Shown here: in pieces, positions 13,616 through 26,700 of the stretch
Layout of the letters: each line of letters begins with the position of its first letter
How positions within the stretch are numbered: position 1 is the stretch's first letter
NCBI GenBank assembly: GCA_046563655.1
Contig: CM102290.1
Coordinates: forward strand, 10,664,001 to 10,728,000
Length of the DNA: 64,000 nt
Reading direction: 5' to 3'
Source of the DNA: Yuukianura sp. NJ FZ-2021
Lineage: Eukaryota
Notes under the pieces: generated by a model
What the model saw: the letters and a program-made list of their open reading frames with translations, nothing else
Told to the model about the DNA's origin: nothing
Databases searched by the model: none
Program-made: the position numbers and the translations under genes

Positions 13616-16071
13616 ATGTCAGAGTCTCTTGCCAGTCCTTATCCGGCACCAAAAACTCAGGAGTTGTCGCTGTTGGCTAGAAAGATCCAAGGGAACGACA
13701 ATGACTACTTACGACGTGAAATTGCGAACAACCCACGACTCTTAGCACTTGGTACTGACGTGCCGACGATACTCCAGGAGGGTTTCAGATACAACGCACT
13801 ACATGTCGCGGCGCGTTACGGCAATGCAGAAGCGGCTCAAATTGTTCTGTCTACAGTCAATGCGCCTGCGTACATGAAGGCAATGTATCCCGATGACCCT
13901 CAATTCATTAGGGAGTAAGCCACTATACTTTGGAGAAACGATATTGGACTTGTGGAGCTTAAATGCATATTTGATTTATTGTTATTAATTTTGCAGCCAA
14001 AGGACAAGATATCTCACCGACATGTATCTAAACTCACCAGACAAAGGCTTCCTTGAGACACCATTACACTTTGCTTCTAAATTCGGGTGCTATGATGTTG
14101 TGAAGATTCTGATTGGCCATCCGCTCTGTGATCTAACGCTGACAAATAAGGAAAAGAAAACTGCACAAGAAGTACTGTCTTGATATTTCTTTTTGTGTGG
14201 AGTATTGTGGACATCTAAATGCAATTGTTGTGGTTTTAATAATTTGCTCTAATTTCTAATTCTAATAGATTGTTTGTAGTCGAGCCACGGGGAAGAACGT
14301 AGATGAAAAGGAGAAAATCGAAAAGTTATTCAAACTGACAAAAATTGTACCTATCTGGAGGGATCTGACGAATGATACACCGCCGATTGTGGGACCTCCA
14401 GTCAACCCAAAGTACCTCGCCCAGTACACACCGAAAACTTTCCGAGCTGTATATGGTGACATAGCTGTAAGTCGTAAACCCAATACCGTGGGGTCATTTG
14501 CTAACAAGAAAAAGTTTTCAAATTTTCTCATCGAGTTAAAAGGGACGCGGGAAAAGTTTTTCTTGTTAGCAAATGACCCCACGGTATAATAATACAAAGG
14601 TGTCGTTTTGGTACATTATATTTGCTAAATCCAAACTGTTTATTTAGGCGGAGCACTTTGGTCCGGCGGACATGTCCTGCATTCCGAAAGGGGTCTTCGG
14701 TAGCAATCGAGACATCAGAGCCTACGCAGGACCCATGGATGATAGCACGGCTACTCTACTTTACAATGCTATGAAGGGTTCCTCTGGCCACTACTGCAAT
14801 AATAATACTGTTGTCGGTACGCCTTCTAACATGCCTAAGCCTGGAGTTCAATGTGATCTAGAGCAGCCAGGTACTCCTCCAAGCAATGCATTCCGTAAAC
14901 TTTCCGAGACTGGAATCGATCCCATTTTTGGAGCACCGGTAACTCCAGAGCAGAAAGCTAAGATTCTCAGTGGATTCCGCACTCCTACGCAACTACCGTC
15001 CACTCCGAAATGTCCGGTAACTTCAAATCTGTTGTCACCATCCAAATTCCAGTACACACCACAAACGTTGTCTCTCCTCCTGTCATCTCCAAGTCCAGCT
15101 GTCGTGTCAACTCCCCACGTTGTCGAAGATCGCCGACTGCGTCTCAGAGATCCGGAGAAAGGAGTAGAACGGCTTGGTCGCAAGTATGCTTCCGAAATGG
15201 AAGTGGCATGGACTGAATACTGGGTTTTTCTCGGAGAGTTTGTTGATTTGGCATCTGAGGCTGGTTTGGTTTCTCTTGAAGACCACTTGGCACGAATGCG
15301 GATGGACATTGAGTCTCAAAAGATGAATCTGAACTTGTCTCCTAATAGTGGCGCCACACCAATCACGTCAATTTGCCGGGCAATGCAAAGATTGGAACTG
15401 GGTCCTGATTCTGCTCAAGCAAAGCCTAAGCAACAAGTTCCACATGACTGGAGGAACAGACTGAACAGACTTGGAAATGATGATCTTGAAACGGAAACTG
15501 GAGGAGGGGATACGGGTGACCACTTTGTCGCTTCTGGGTCCATGGTTGTTCCAAGTACTAGTGCAGCAGTAGTCCAGCAAAACCCACCGCCACGTTGCAA
15601 GGTCTTCATCCGAGAATTACCTCTGGACGACGACGATGAGGAGGAAGAGTTCCACATGACTCAACCATATGTTCATAAGGAGTCAGTGAGTGAGGACGAA
15701 CTAGGAACTGGCCACGAATGGCGGACTCCGCACGACTCATTTGCATCCTGTGAATCTTCAACATCTTCGTCGCCATTTGATTCGGATGTCGACCTGGAGT
15801 CGGATGATTACGAAGACTGCTTCATGGACTGTCGGACTGATTCTGTCTTTCTTCATGGGTAACAACCTCAGTTCTATTTTTCTCAAAACTTGAGTATAAA
15901 ACTGAAGTTCTAAATATTTTTTCTAAAACACTTTTTTTCAGCATCCTACCAAGTAAGGAGGACACTCACGCTATGCGTGCAGTTGAACCCGTGATGGATA
16001 GAATCTCGTTTACGAAGTATCCAGAGATCGTCGGGTGGTACAACTGCCTCAAAGCATCCGGCATTAACTAA
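13616..16071 (+). CDS. ANKLE2: Ankyrin repeat and LEM domain-containing protein 2 homologue (~670 aa, 5 coding exons)
   Basis: Exons 13616-13914, 13997-14171, 14269-14466, 14648-15858, 15942-16071 (2013 nt, in frame, GT-AG). Family motifs: APKTQEL, PTILQEGFRYNALHVAA, YLNSPDKG.ETPLHFASKFG, AYAGPM, DPEKGVERLGR, W.EYW.FLGEFVDL, FLHG..PSK.D. Confidence 0.93.
14486..14584. mobile_element. 99-bp MITE (Tc1/mariner-pogo type) in ANKLE2 intron 3
   Basis: 34-bp terminal inverted repeats (TIRs) CCGTGGGGTCATTTGCTAACAAGAAAAA(G/C)TTTTC with one mismatch. Flanked by TA on both sides (14484-85, 14585-86). Confidence 0.85.
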
Positions 16072-16603
16072 ATTCATGGTCATCCATCGTTGGTAAAATA
16101 TACAGCTTAACTATTCAGGATTAACATTAATCGTGCAGTTAATAAGCAATAGAGTACGTTTTCGATAGAAAATGCTAAAGAAAGTCAGTGTTGGCTAACC
16201 TCTAGGTAGCTAATCCTATGGTGATCATAAAGTGTCTTACTCACAGGGCGTACGTAATCATTCTCGGTTAATTGAAAGTCAGCATCTCAGGTTTTGGTAC
16301 TAACACAAGATGTCGCAGAAGCCTGTACTGTATTAGTCCTTCTTAGGGTTAAAATTGAACATAGAGTTGTTCCAATGTAACAATTTCTTCTGTAAACTTC
16401 GTTTTTTGGAGTTTTCAATCTTCCTGTTATTACTGGTGAAGTTGTTTTTCAAATATTTTTATAATTAAAGGAACATGGTCTTTACAAAATTTCGAACTTT
16501 ACAACTTGAATCCAGAATTTTTTTTTATCGAGAAATTATAACTGTTTATTTACGCCACTATCTTAGACACACGTTATGTTGCGGAATCTGGAATCTTCGT
16601 TCT

Positions 16604-17514
16604 TTAGTGGCCACGATGAGCGTTGGGCGAACCAATGAAAATCTTTTCAAGTGCTGGCACAAGTTCCTGAACTGCGGAGACGTCAGGCGGAAGTTGAAAA
16701 CTTGGTGACTTTCGATGTGTTGATTGCGAAATTGGCACTGGCATACTAACGGCAGCGGTGGGCTGCGGGAGACCGAGCACTAGAAACAAAATCCAAACGA
16801 CAGGTCAAACGAATTCGCGCGAAAACGTCATAACTTACTGATTTTCTCAGCCGCGGTCATGATTGGTCGCATGGCCTTCTTCTTCCCAAAGTCGTCGTGG
16901 TTGACTGATCCGTACTGCGTGAGACTATTATTCAAGAGTATTAATATATTAATATAAGAAAAAAAAACAATATTAATATAAGGTATACTCTGACCTGTGA
17001 GAACTATTATGGATGTTCCGGATACAACACATGGACTCGTCGTAGTAGACGTACTCTCCGTTGACCATCCCGCCCCGTTTCTTCCGTCTATTGAAGTCTT
17101 TGATGTAGGAAGCAATTTCCGGCTCCACATCCGATTGGTAGCCATCGTCCTCCATACGTTGACCTTGATCTTCAACACCAGCATTTGGTCGATGACTTTG
17201 GCCTGGGCCAGCATGAGCTTGACCTCCGCCAGAACCGTTATGGTCAAACAACAAATCCTCTCGTTCCCACATCACCTCCAGCCATTCTTCGTCCTCCCCC
17301 ATGGGCACGTCTGGCGGCATCTCACCTTCGGTTCGAAACGAAATGTCGTATTTCACAGTTGCCAGTTTTTTATGCCCGCCTCCCGCCTTGAATGGATTCC
17401 TAGGTGAAAGATCAAGTAGAATTAAGGGGTCAAAGGTCACAAGGTTTCGTTTTTTCTAAACACTTTGAAGTTTCATGCAATTGCTTACCAACAGCCGTCA
17501 TTTTGCGAAGCCAT
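16604..17514 (-). CDS. Hypothetical protein (230 aa, 4 exons), no family recognised
   Basis: Exons 17514-17489, 17399-16995, 16924-16839, 16779-16604 total 693 nt in frame with GT-AG introns. Translation MASQNDGCWNPFKAGGG...EWLEVMWERE...YVYYDESMCCIRN...HRGH*. Confidence 0.75.
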
Positions 17515-18169
17515 GTTGACCTTCAGCTTGATCTAATGTCAAATCTGCGTATTGGTTGTCCGCACCTTCAGGGCACTTTACGTGTGCAACGCCGAATTTT
17601 ATCCAATAAGAAGCGTTCGTCCGGCTGAATTTTCGTAATTTGTTATTTTAAATTATTGTTTACAACACTACTAATAAACTGTACAAAAGAATAACCAATG
17701 GAAACGAAATTGACGGACGTAAAAACTTTGCTAACCTCCGCAGTCCAGAGCCGTCTTAACAATGAATGGGTCACGCGCACTAGAACTGAAAAGTGAAGAG
17801 ATACAAAGAATTTACGGTTGCAGTAAAGCTAAGAACGACGTCGTGTTACAGCCACTCCTTGACATCGCATAGCGAGATACTAACACGGACCCTCACATGC
17901 TCATTTCCGCTAATCGGATAATCGTTCTTTAAACGTATACATAGAAATTGCATAACATCTATGAACGAATCACACATGGCAACGGGGGTCTCGTTTCGCC
18001 TCAAATCAATTAACTTTAAGGTATAATTAGAATTCACAGGTATAACGTAGAAATGTGTACAAGGGCTCTAAAAATTCGTAGTTGTCTGTAGAATACAGAG
18101 CAGTAATCCGAATTTGACTTTTTGTTGAGAAATGATAGAAGAGACATTTTGACCAATTGGATATCCCAA

Positions 18170-18545
18170 GGTTTCAAGGTATCCGTTAACGGAAAACACA
18201 CAAAACAACAACTTTTCGTTGTCAAGCAACCTTAGGATATCCTTTGGCTGATAAACCGCGGAGAGGCATATCGGAAGTAGAGTTAGCGTTTGTACGCCTG
18301 TCTGGGTATTCCTGTGTGAATTTTTGATACAACGACACAAGTCGGTCAACCGTATCCTTACTCTAACAGTATTTTGTTTGGAGCAGTTTTTCTTATCGGA
18401 ACCGAAAATGGAATTGGCGGGAGAGAAGCTTGGATTGTCCATTTGCCTCTTTGCGTTTGGCTTAACATACATTATATCCAAGCAAGGCATTGCAGGCTGC
18501 AATTTGTAGCCTTGTCTGCAGCATTTGTAAATTCTTCACAGTAAA
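18170..18545 (-). mobile_element. Tx1-like ORF2 C-terminal relic
   Basis: CEEF..C.LQ and SFSPANSIFG.....RLTDLCRCIKNSHRN...GYLETL resemble the Tx1 ORF2 tail pattern FSP..IFG...L...I..SR.N...GTL. Confidence 0.45.
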
Positions 18546-19699
18546 ATTAGTACAGGCTAACTTTGAATTGGAACTTTTAAGACATAAACATAAATGATCC
18601 GATTCATTGTGCACTTTGTTTACATTTCACATTTTATTACGATAGCATTTTTTTAGGTTAGTCATTTTATATTCAGACTACTCTCAACATATTCCTTACA
18701 TTTGCACTGCTGCGACAAGAAAACTGAAGAACGAGGTCATAAAGTCATTTACTATAATAATAAATTATGGTTCATAATAGCCATTGAAAGACTGGGAAAA
18801 GTATCCCAGCATCCAAAAATCAGTCACTTTCTCAGAAAAATTTTCATGGTCGTTGCTTAACGTTTACAACCAAAAAGTTTAAATTTGGAAAAAGTATAAC
18901 ACTCCCGTCATTTATAAAGCGACGCGGGTAATATTAGCGTACCTAAAATGGTGCAATTTCGTAAATTTAAATTTCGTATGGAAAGTAATTCGTTGACATT
19001 TGACCTATTTGAGAAGTTAAATTGGGCTGCTTGACCTAGCGTTGGTTATGCTTTGCAAATTGCAAATCACTTGGAATTTTTGTGTTCACTTCTATATACT
19101 CCGGCCTTGGAGAAGTTCGCTAGATGGTGCACGATGTCAGTTTTAGTTTTTCTTAAGTTGAACATACATTTTGCTAACTTATTAATTTACTACACTTTGG
19201 TTTTTTGGTTAACCTTAACATGATTGTACCCTTGAACGATGACATAATTTGACGCCTCTTGTTTTAGCCAGATCCTCAACACCAAAACCGGGAATTAAAA
19301 ATAATACATGAATTTTTAATAATGCATGCCCTAGGACTTCAAAAAAAAAGTTTCCTTTTTGAGAAAGAAAAACTCATCAGCACACTTTAGTTTTGACCTT
19401 TTATTTAAAAAAAATCTTACTTTTAAAACCAAAAATAAAATATGAAACCACACTTTACACTTTCGATCTTAATAAATTAAATTAGCACAGCACGTTTCCG
19501 ATTTTCTTAATAATTAAAAAAATCAATATTGAATAAAGGCCCAAGTTTAAAAAAAAACTAGATTTAACTTTTAAATTAGTTAGCCTTTTATTCTCAAAGG
19601 CTTTGAAATACGACTATGCAAAACTACTTCCGAAGTTTTTGTTTGTAAACTCAACAAGTTGTTTCAGTTTTGCTCAAATGCTTGTTTAATCTGCTCGGT

Positions 19700-21350
19700 T
19701 TCTGTTTTGAATCATTAAATCTCTCTGAAATGTTTTAAGTCCATCCAACTTTTGCACTAAATTTTGCATCTGTGGTTCATCCCATCCGGAACACAGCGTA
19801 ATGTGAATAATGCAATTCGAGATGCAAGATTTAGAAGAGGGTTGGGTTGGAGATGGACGTGAATCTTGCAGAATCCGAATTCGGAGAAAGCTATAGCCAG
19901 CATTTCCCGGGGAATAGAAACCAACGTTTTCAGGTTTTTTGCATTTATTAAACGCGACCTTGGTGTGTAGCAAAATCAGTAAACAACACCCTCTGGCAGC
20001 TTTGCTTGGAGACATAAGTAGCACTTCTGGGCCAACTTCTCCAACGCTTGGTTGCAGTAAGGCTGGGTCACCATCAAAAATATCAATGCTGGTTAGGGAA
20101 GGTATAATCCTTGTGAAATAAAAACCTTGCTTGTATTTAAGTATCTATAAGTCATAAATTGAAAAAAAATTAGCACTTAGGTTATAAAAATTGCTTCACA
20201 AAATTAGAAAAAAATGTTTCAAATGGGTCAAGTTTTGCTAATTTTATAGGGAGCTTTAACTATATTTTAACAACATGTATTGGCTGGATGACAAATTTTT
20301 TGACGCAATATTTGTCATTGTAATGTGCAAGAAATGCGTTTTTATTTAACCAATCTCTTGGTCAGCAATTTGTTCCATACAATTTATTTCCAAAAGAAAA
20401 TGGTTCGCACATGCGCCTCCAAGTTTTCTGATCTTATACCCTAATTTAATCAGACCCAACTTAATTTCTCTGGACGTGGTTTCAACTGTGTTATTTTTCA
20501 AAGGTATTAGAAATGAGATCACATCAAATGGTTCCATGAGGCCATGTCGGATTACTGTGGTTACAACTGGCTCAATCCATCCTCGTCGCAACCCAAAGGC
20601 TGAAGCTACTTGAGTGGTTTGGGATGCTAGAACATGTCGCCCATCTCTGAAGTAGTCTTTTGCCTCCACTCTAGTCGAAAGCTGGCATGCAGCCATAACC
20701 CAGTCACGGGCAGCCTACCATGGACTACATGAACCAGAGAAAGATCGATTATTCAGCTACTCCCCACCACCACAAACGCCAACAAACAGTTACGTAGGAA
20801 CCTCCTTCGGAGGAACAACCTAACTTAAACCAGCTTTCAACCCCAAACACTTCGCAGAATTTCCACGGTCTTCTCCAGTGTTTCTCCAGACCACCAATCC
20901 AGCATCATCTTAAGGTAACACCACCAATTTCCGCCTAATATAACCTTATTTCAACCCATCTCGCAAATTATTGTACGTTTCTGGAAGGTTGTTACCCTAA
21001 CTTGACTCCAAGGTTCGTTGGCCTAACATAACCTAAATGCAGGCAATATTGGCTGTGTTCCCCCGCCCCCATGTAGGTGCTTGCTGCATTTTGGCTTGAC
21101 TCTCCTTTGGTTAGCTTATTTATTTGGTTACCGTATTCATCAGTCCTGGCAGTTGTTAGGTTATTACTCACGCACAAAAGCCACTTTGCCTGCCACGAAA
21201 CCTATTGTCCAGGTGAATTCCAATTAACATCCACCACTTAGCTATACATTATCCACCCAACTTCCAAATGCTCGCAGTTCTCATTCAGTCGTCACCACAT
21301 ACAGACCCCTCCCATAACTCCAGTGGAACACTTCCAGAACTTCTGCAATT
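19700..21350 (-). mobile_element. Tx1/L1-like ORF2 post-RT and C-terminal relic
   Basis: Frameshifted SGG..IHLDNRF..QAKWLL, DYF..G...QVASAFGLRR, and GPEVLL...LLILLHTKVAFNKCKK. Multiple stops. Confidence 0.45.
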
Positions 21351-23748
21351 AAAGTTAACTGGCTGCCGTAATTAGCACACATTGGCTTCCCTGTTTTTAG
21401 ACAATTTTGTTGTATTTTGCATCTTCTTTAGAGTGGTACAATTTTGGAAGAAATTTGTCTTCCAGCAAAGAAAAACGTAAGTGGAAAGCCAATTTTTTAG
21501 GCAACTTTTTTTTTGAGAATTGGAATTTTACAATAAAGTTCCGGTGTTCTGTGAAAGTGAGTTCAAATTGACGGGAAGATTCTCGTACTGGTAAAAAAGA
21601 CATTTTGTTTTACAAAAGAATTTTTTGGTATTGCTTTGGAACTTGAAAAAAACGAACATTGACGAATTGAAAATTGTATTTTTTAGATTTGAAATCGTTT
21701 CGTTTTGTGGGTTTACAATTTTTGTGTTTTGGGAAGGCATTGGTTAAAATTTTGATGATTAAGTAATTTCGAGCAAAGTTTAGAAAAAATGAAGTGTAAA
21801 GCTGACGTTTTCAATTTTGAGACAAATTTAGAGCGTTTGATCTTTTTGTTTTTGAAAAATTTAGGGCAAAATTTTCGTTTTTTCTAAAACTAACATAACA
21901 TTTGAAACATACCTTTTGTTTTGCGTGTATTTTATTGTGTTCTTTAAAGAATAAGTTTTTTGAAGTTTTTGTAAGGTGTGCTTTGTGTTTTATGATGAGA
22001 GTTGGTTGTTAGGTTTAGTTGATTGTGATTTTGTTTGGATTCCTTTGAATGTTGTGTCTAGAGAACATTGGTGTATTCTCGAGTGTAAGTTTTCTTAAGG
22101 AAGCACGAAATGTTACTTTGTCGCATTCGAATTGATTTCTTTTGAGACTCGAAATATGTTTTTTGTTGTTGTTGCAATGAGGAAGACAGCAGGCTTGAGG
22201 CAAATTTTCGAGATCGAGGCAGTAACTATGACACGGTCAAAAGGTCACAGCAAAAGACTCCAAGGTCGTCCCTAGATTAGGTCAAGCTTAACAGACAGGG
22301 CATAATGACATTAATAGACTATTAACTTATGATCCTGCTCAAATTTTTAAAAATAGTTAAAAATTGGATATCATGAAAATATAATTTGAAATTGAATAAC
22401 ACTGTCAACCTTCTTCACTAACTTGAAGCTGAAAACGATAAAAATAGTCGCAGTGAAACTTCAATTTGTGACAGACTATTTAAGTTTTATGTCTTTTTGG
22501 AACTAATGTATCAGTTTGTTTAATTTTAGTGCTCAATTAAATTGAAAGTTTAAATTAAAATTTCATTGGTGTTTTCGAACTGTATATTTTTAAGTCAAAG
22601 TTCGCTAGAAGCTGGGTTTTAAAACTGAACGCGTCAGGTTTCCAAAACAGTCGAATTAAACACTGGCCTAAAATTGAACTTTGATTTTAGAAATTCAAAT
22701 TGTAAAAGCTGTTTTCTTGTAAACATTGTTCTACGACAGAAATAACTTTTTGATTGGAGAAATTTGGATTTGTCAAAATAGTTTTTTTGAATCATTGTTC
22801 TAAACAGCATCAAAGCATTGGTTCATGGAAAGTTTTTAGTACTCAAATTGGATTCTTCAAAAAATTTTTTGTTAATATTGTTCAAAACAGCAACCATTGT
22901 CATGTATTACATACATCGTCAAAAAACCGTTGTAGTTGAGACATTGTTCTAGATTTCAATTGTACTACACTGTACTGAACAAAAACAAGACAAGCAATAA
23001 AAACAGGTTTTTAAAAAATGTTCAAACATTGTTTTAAACATTAAGTTTTTCCTGATTGACGGTCTATTGTTATCGTTATCTCCTTTTGTTTTACTTTTCT
23101 TTCTGTTAAGTTCCGCAAACTGCACTCCACCTGTTCTAAAGCACAATCGTATATTTCTTTTCAGTTTTAATCAACAGTAAACAAAGTGTTTAAATGTGTT
23201 TAAATTTAGCACAATTTTCTAACCTGCAAAAAAAGCACAGAAAAACATTTTTTAAACCACAAAAGTTAAAAATACAAAAATTCGGTTTTTGGATACGAAT
23301 TTCGCTTTTACTAAAAAGCAGTCAAGTTTTTTTTAATAATTTCGAACGTGAAAACAGATTTCGTATTTTCGAAACTTTAATTTATACAACTTTTGTGTTT
23401 TGTATTTCAGATTGTTGCTTGTGAAATTTAAATGGACACCAGAAGGCTTCGCGTTTTGGGTTCCAAATAAGTGCCACTTCAAATCGTCATAAGCTGCTTG
23501 ATTGAATTTTGTTTTCGCTTCACCGGGAGAAGTAAAGAGGTCAAAGTGTTGTGACCTTTTGACAACATCCAGTAAACAATAGATTTCAAGTATTTATGGC
23601 ATTTTGCAACTCTTCAACTACCTACGTTCAATAACCTTCCAAAAGGTAGACGCTTCTGTTGAAATCCCAAAATTGCAAATTGCAAAAACACAATTCTACG
23701 ACAAACTCTGCAAATCACGTTACTGCCCAACCTCAAAATTTTACCACG

Positions 23749-26700
23749 ATGGAACCGTTTCTTTATTTTTGGAAACGACTTGTTTTGCTCGGATTTGTGA
23801 TAATGGCGACGTCAGTAGACGAAGGAGACTTCGTGTACTCCGCCGCCTCTTCTGATTGGTCCCTCAGTCCCAACGAAGAGTACGTTACGGCTTGGCTCAA
23901 TGTTACGTACATGGATGGAGACAAGCTACATACAGAGAAGGCTGAGGTGAGAAATACTGAATAATTTAAGTAGCTCCAGTTGCTAATTAGCTCAACTTCA
24001 CACCTCATCCGGAACCGACTTTTAATCTCCTGCGCAGCTTCCACGATTCTCTGTCAAATTTGAGGGAAATTCAAACATCCAGCATAAGATTTTGCATGAG
24101 TAGAAACAGAATTCTGACAATGATTAACTTAACGTGTTTTTTTGAGGTTTCTTGTTAAATTTTGAAGATTTTCTAAAATTGATGCCTGTAGAATATGTTT
24201 TCTGTACTTCCAAGTTAAATTAATACCAGACGCTCATTTGCGTTGTTTACAGGAAGTAAATATTATACATTTACACATAATTCTAACTATATTATACACT
24301 AGATGCACCCAAACAGTGACCCTGTACTGCTAATTTTGTATTGAAACAACAAGTCAGTTACTTCGCATGCGTCCTTCAAATTCTTGTTTCGACGCCTACA
24401 TATCACGCCAAAAACGTTTTCTGGCCAAAGAAGAAGTTGAAATGTGTGCCTGTAATCCAAATTTGTCCTTCCTGGAAGCACATTCCCGTGGATTCCAAAT
24501 TTATCTGCCTTGTAAACCCGCCTCTAACCTAGTGTTGGTACGCTATGCGCCTGTGCCCAAATTTGTAGTGCTCTGCTCCTGCGTCCAAATTTGTCCTGCT
24601 CCGCGCCTGTGTGCACTCACTTCGTCCAAAGGATGAAAAACAAAAGAGGAAGATAAAATTAATGATGATTTGATCTCTACACTGCTATAAATCTGCTTGC
24701 TGCAACACAGTTCCTTCAACCTCCAACTTTCATTAACTTCTGCATTGTTTGTCAGTTGGTCATCCTGCAATGACCTTTGCGCATGCCACTACTACCTATT
24801 CACTCATCCATAGCCAACCCCTGAGCATGCGCAGATCCATAAATCTCGCTTTTAACTTAAGCCTATTACTTCCTGCTCATCTGCCGGAAACTATCCCGGC
24901 ACCATCCAAGTCCAGTCCGGGAGGCAAGACACAAGAGGTGTTGATCTCAACAGAAGTTGGCATCAAACGACTATAAGAACGGGAAGTTTTTTAGCCTCCT
25001 GCACTGCACCACTGCGCCTTCCGTTACTGCAGTAATTGATCATTATAGTCCTGGACACGGACTCCTAGTGTGCTTCCCGTAACAACTTTCAAAACTGTTC
25101 AATTTTAAAAGCAAAAAGCGGGAAATTCATAATTCATGAAAGTACTAGTTTTGTATCACTTTTTTGAAAAATGGCGTCCAGACAGCCACCATTTAGCCTC
25201 TTTTTAGCTCCTTTTTTTTTAAAGGACCGTCACAAAAAAAAATATTCTGCGTCGTCGTAGAGCTCCACGGCTGTCTTGTGACACTTTTTTGAATAATGGC
25301 GCAATGCTTAGTCCCGTGTGTCACTTTCTTTTTAATAATGGCGTCTCCTATTTTCGAGAGTCTCGTGTGACACTGCTTTTTGAATAATGGCGGCGTCATG
25401 GAACTCAAAAATCGGAGTCCCAAGCGGTGCATACGCAGCTCCAGTACATAAAGTTTAGTTACTAAACCTAAACAGTAAAACAAGAAGGAAGTGAATAGCA
25501 AAAGTAGTTTGGTGGGAAACGTGGCGGCAGCCATTAATATTTAAATTTTTTCAAGCTACGTGTGTGTAACTGCATTGTGATCAAAGCATGAATATGGATC
25601 CAGACAAAAACAAAAGTAAACAACCCGTGCTTCCAAGTTCAGAATTTTTTTTTAGTATATATTTATATGTTTTGATTTCGAGACTATTTTGACAGTTAGT
25701 TTGATGTACCGCAAGACGTAGAATTTTTTTAAATTACAAAAGAATCGGATTCTTTGCATCACAAAAACGCATATTTTTGGTGCTATTTGTAAATTTGAGG
25801 TTGCGAAGTCTGTCACTTCGAGAATTACACTTTATCCAGAATTTTCTTTGTCATGTTATACTAATGTTAGTGAGTACTACATATTATAGGTATTAGTAGT
25901 CAATCATTTTCAGGACTCAGCATAGTTGAAGCGGGAAATTTGAAAATGGCGGGGTGACTTGAGACGATCAATAATTTTAAGTAATCTTTATTTCTCCGAG
26001 TAAATATGGCCTGCAGACATGCAAAAGAAGAAGGCTACCTATAGATCTAGCTAGGAAAAATTGAGAAAAAAAAATCGTGTTTCATGTCGAGCGGGAATTA
26101 AAGAAAAACAATATTTTCTTCAAACATTTTTTTTCCAAAGAGGGTTTGTTTGCTTTTTTTCCACATTTTTCTTCTCGTAATTCGAATTGCAACTTTCTCC
26201 TTTTCTTAGGAAGTCAATACGCCTCGCATACGTTACGTGACCTTTTAAGGATGAGAATAAGAAACATATTACATTTTTTTCCAAATTGGTTCGAAGAGCT
26301 CGCGTGACCTTTCTGTGATCTCTCGTGACCTTTTCCTTCCTCGTATTGACTTTTTGTGGTTTGCGAGCGCCTTTCTTCAGCAAAATGAATCACGAAAAAG
26401 TAATCTGCAAAGTGACAATGTGTAGTTCAGTTAGGTTGGTTATGAATAGGATAAAAAATATTAATGTCAAATTCAATTGAAATTTTTCAAATTAGCAATT
26501 GGAATTTTTGGCAGAGCGGGATCTTTACATTTATGTTTAGGTTGCATCACTACGAACTTGCATTAGAGTGGATTAGGTTACTTAGGCTAGATTTCGGTGT
26601 AATTGGGTTTCATGACTGGATTTCATTCCGAAATGCACGTCTGAGCCGCATTACTTTTAGGTGAAAGACGTCATAAAGGTTTATGAGGAATCAAAGAGCT

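Noticed and set aside
17746..17762. CAGAGCCGTCTTAAC, resembling a hAT transposon terminus
   Set aside because: No matching inverted end or target-site duplication found.
22015..22203. THAP-like start (L)PQACCLPHCNNN on the minus strand
   Set aside because: It starts with TTG and has no downstream W or CxxHF THAP residues. Another frame gives CFLKKTY, which could equally be an eroded L1 endonuclease LQETH. Ambiguous.
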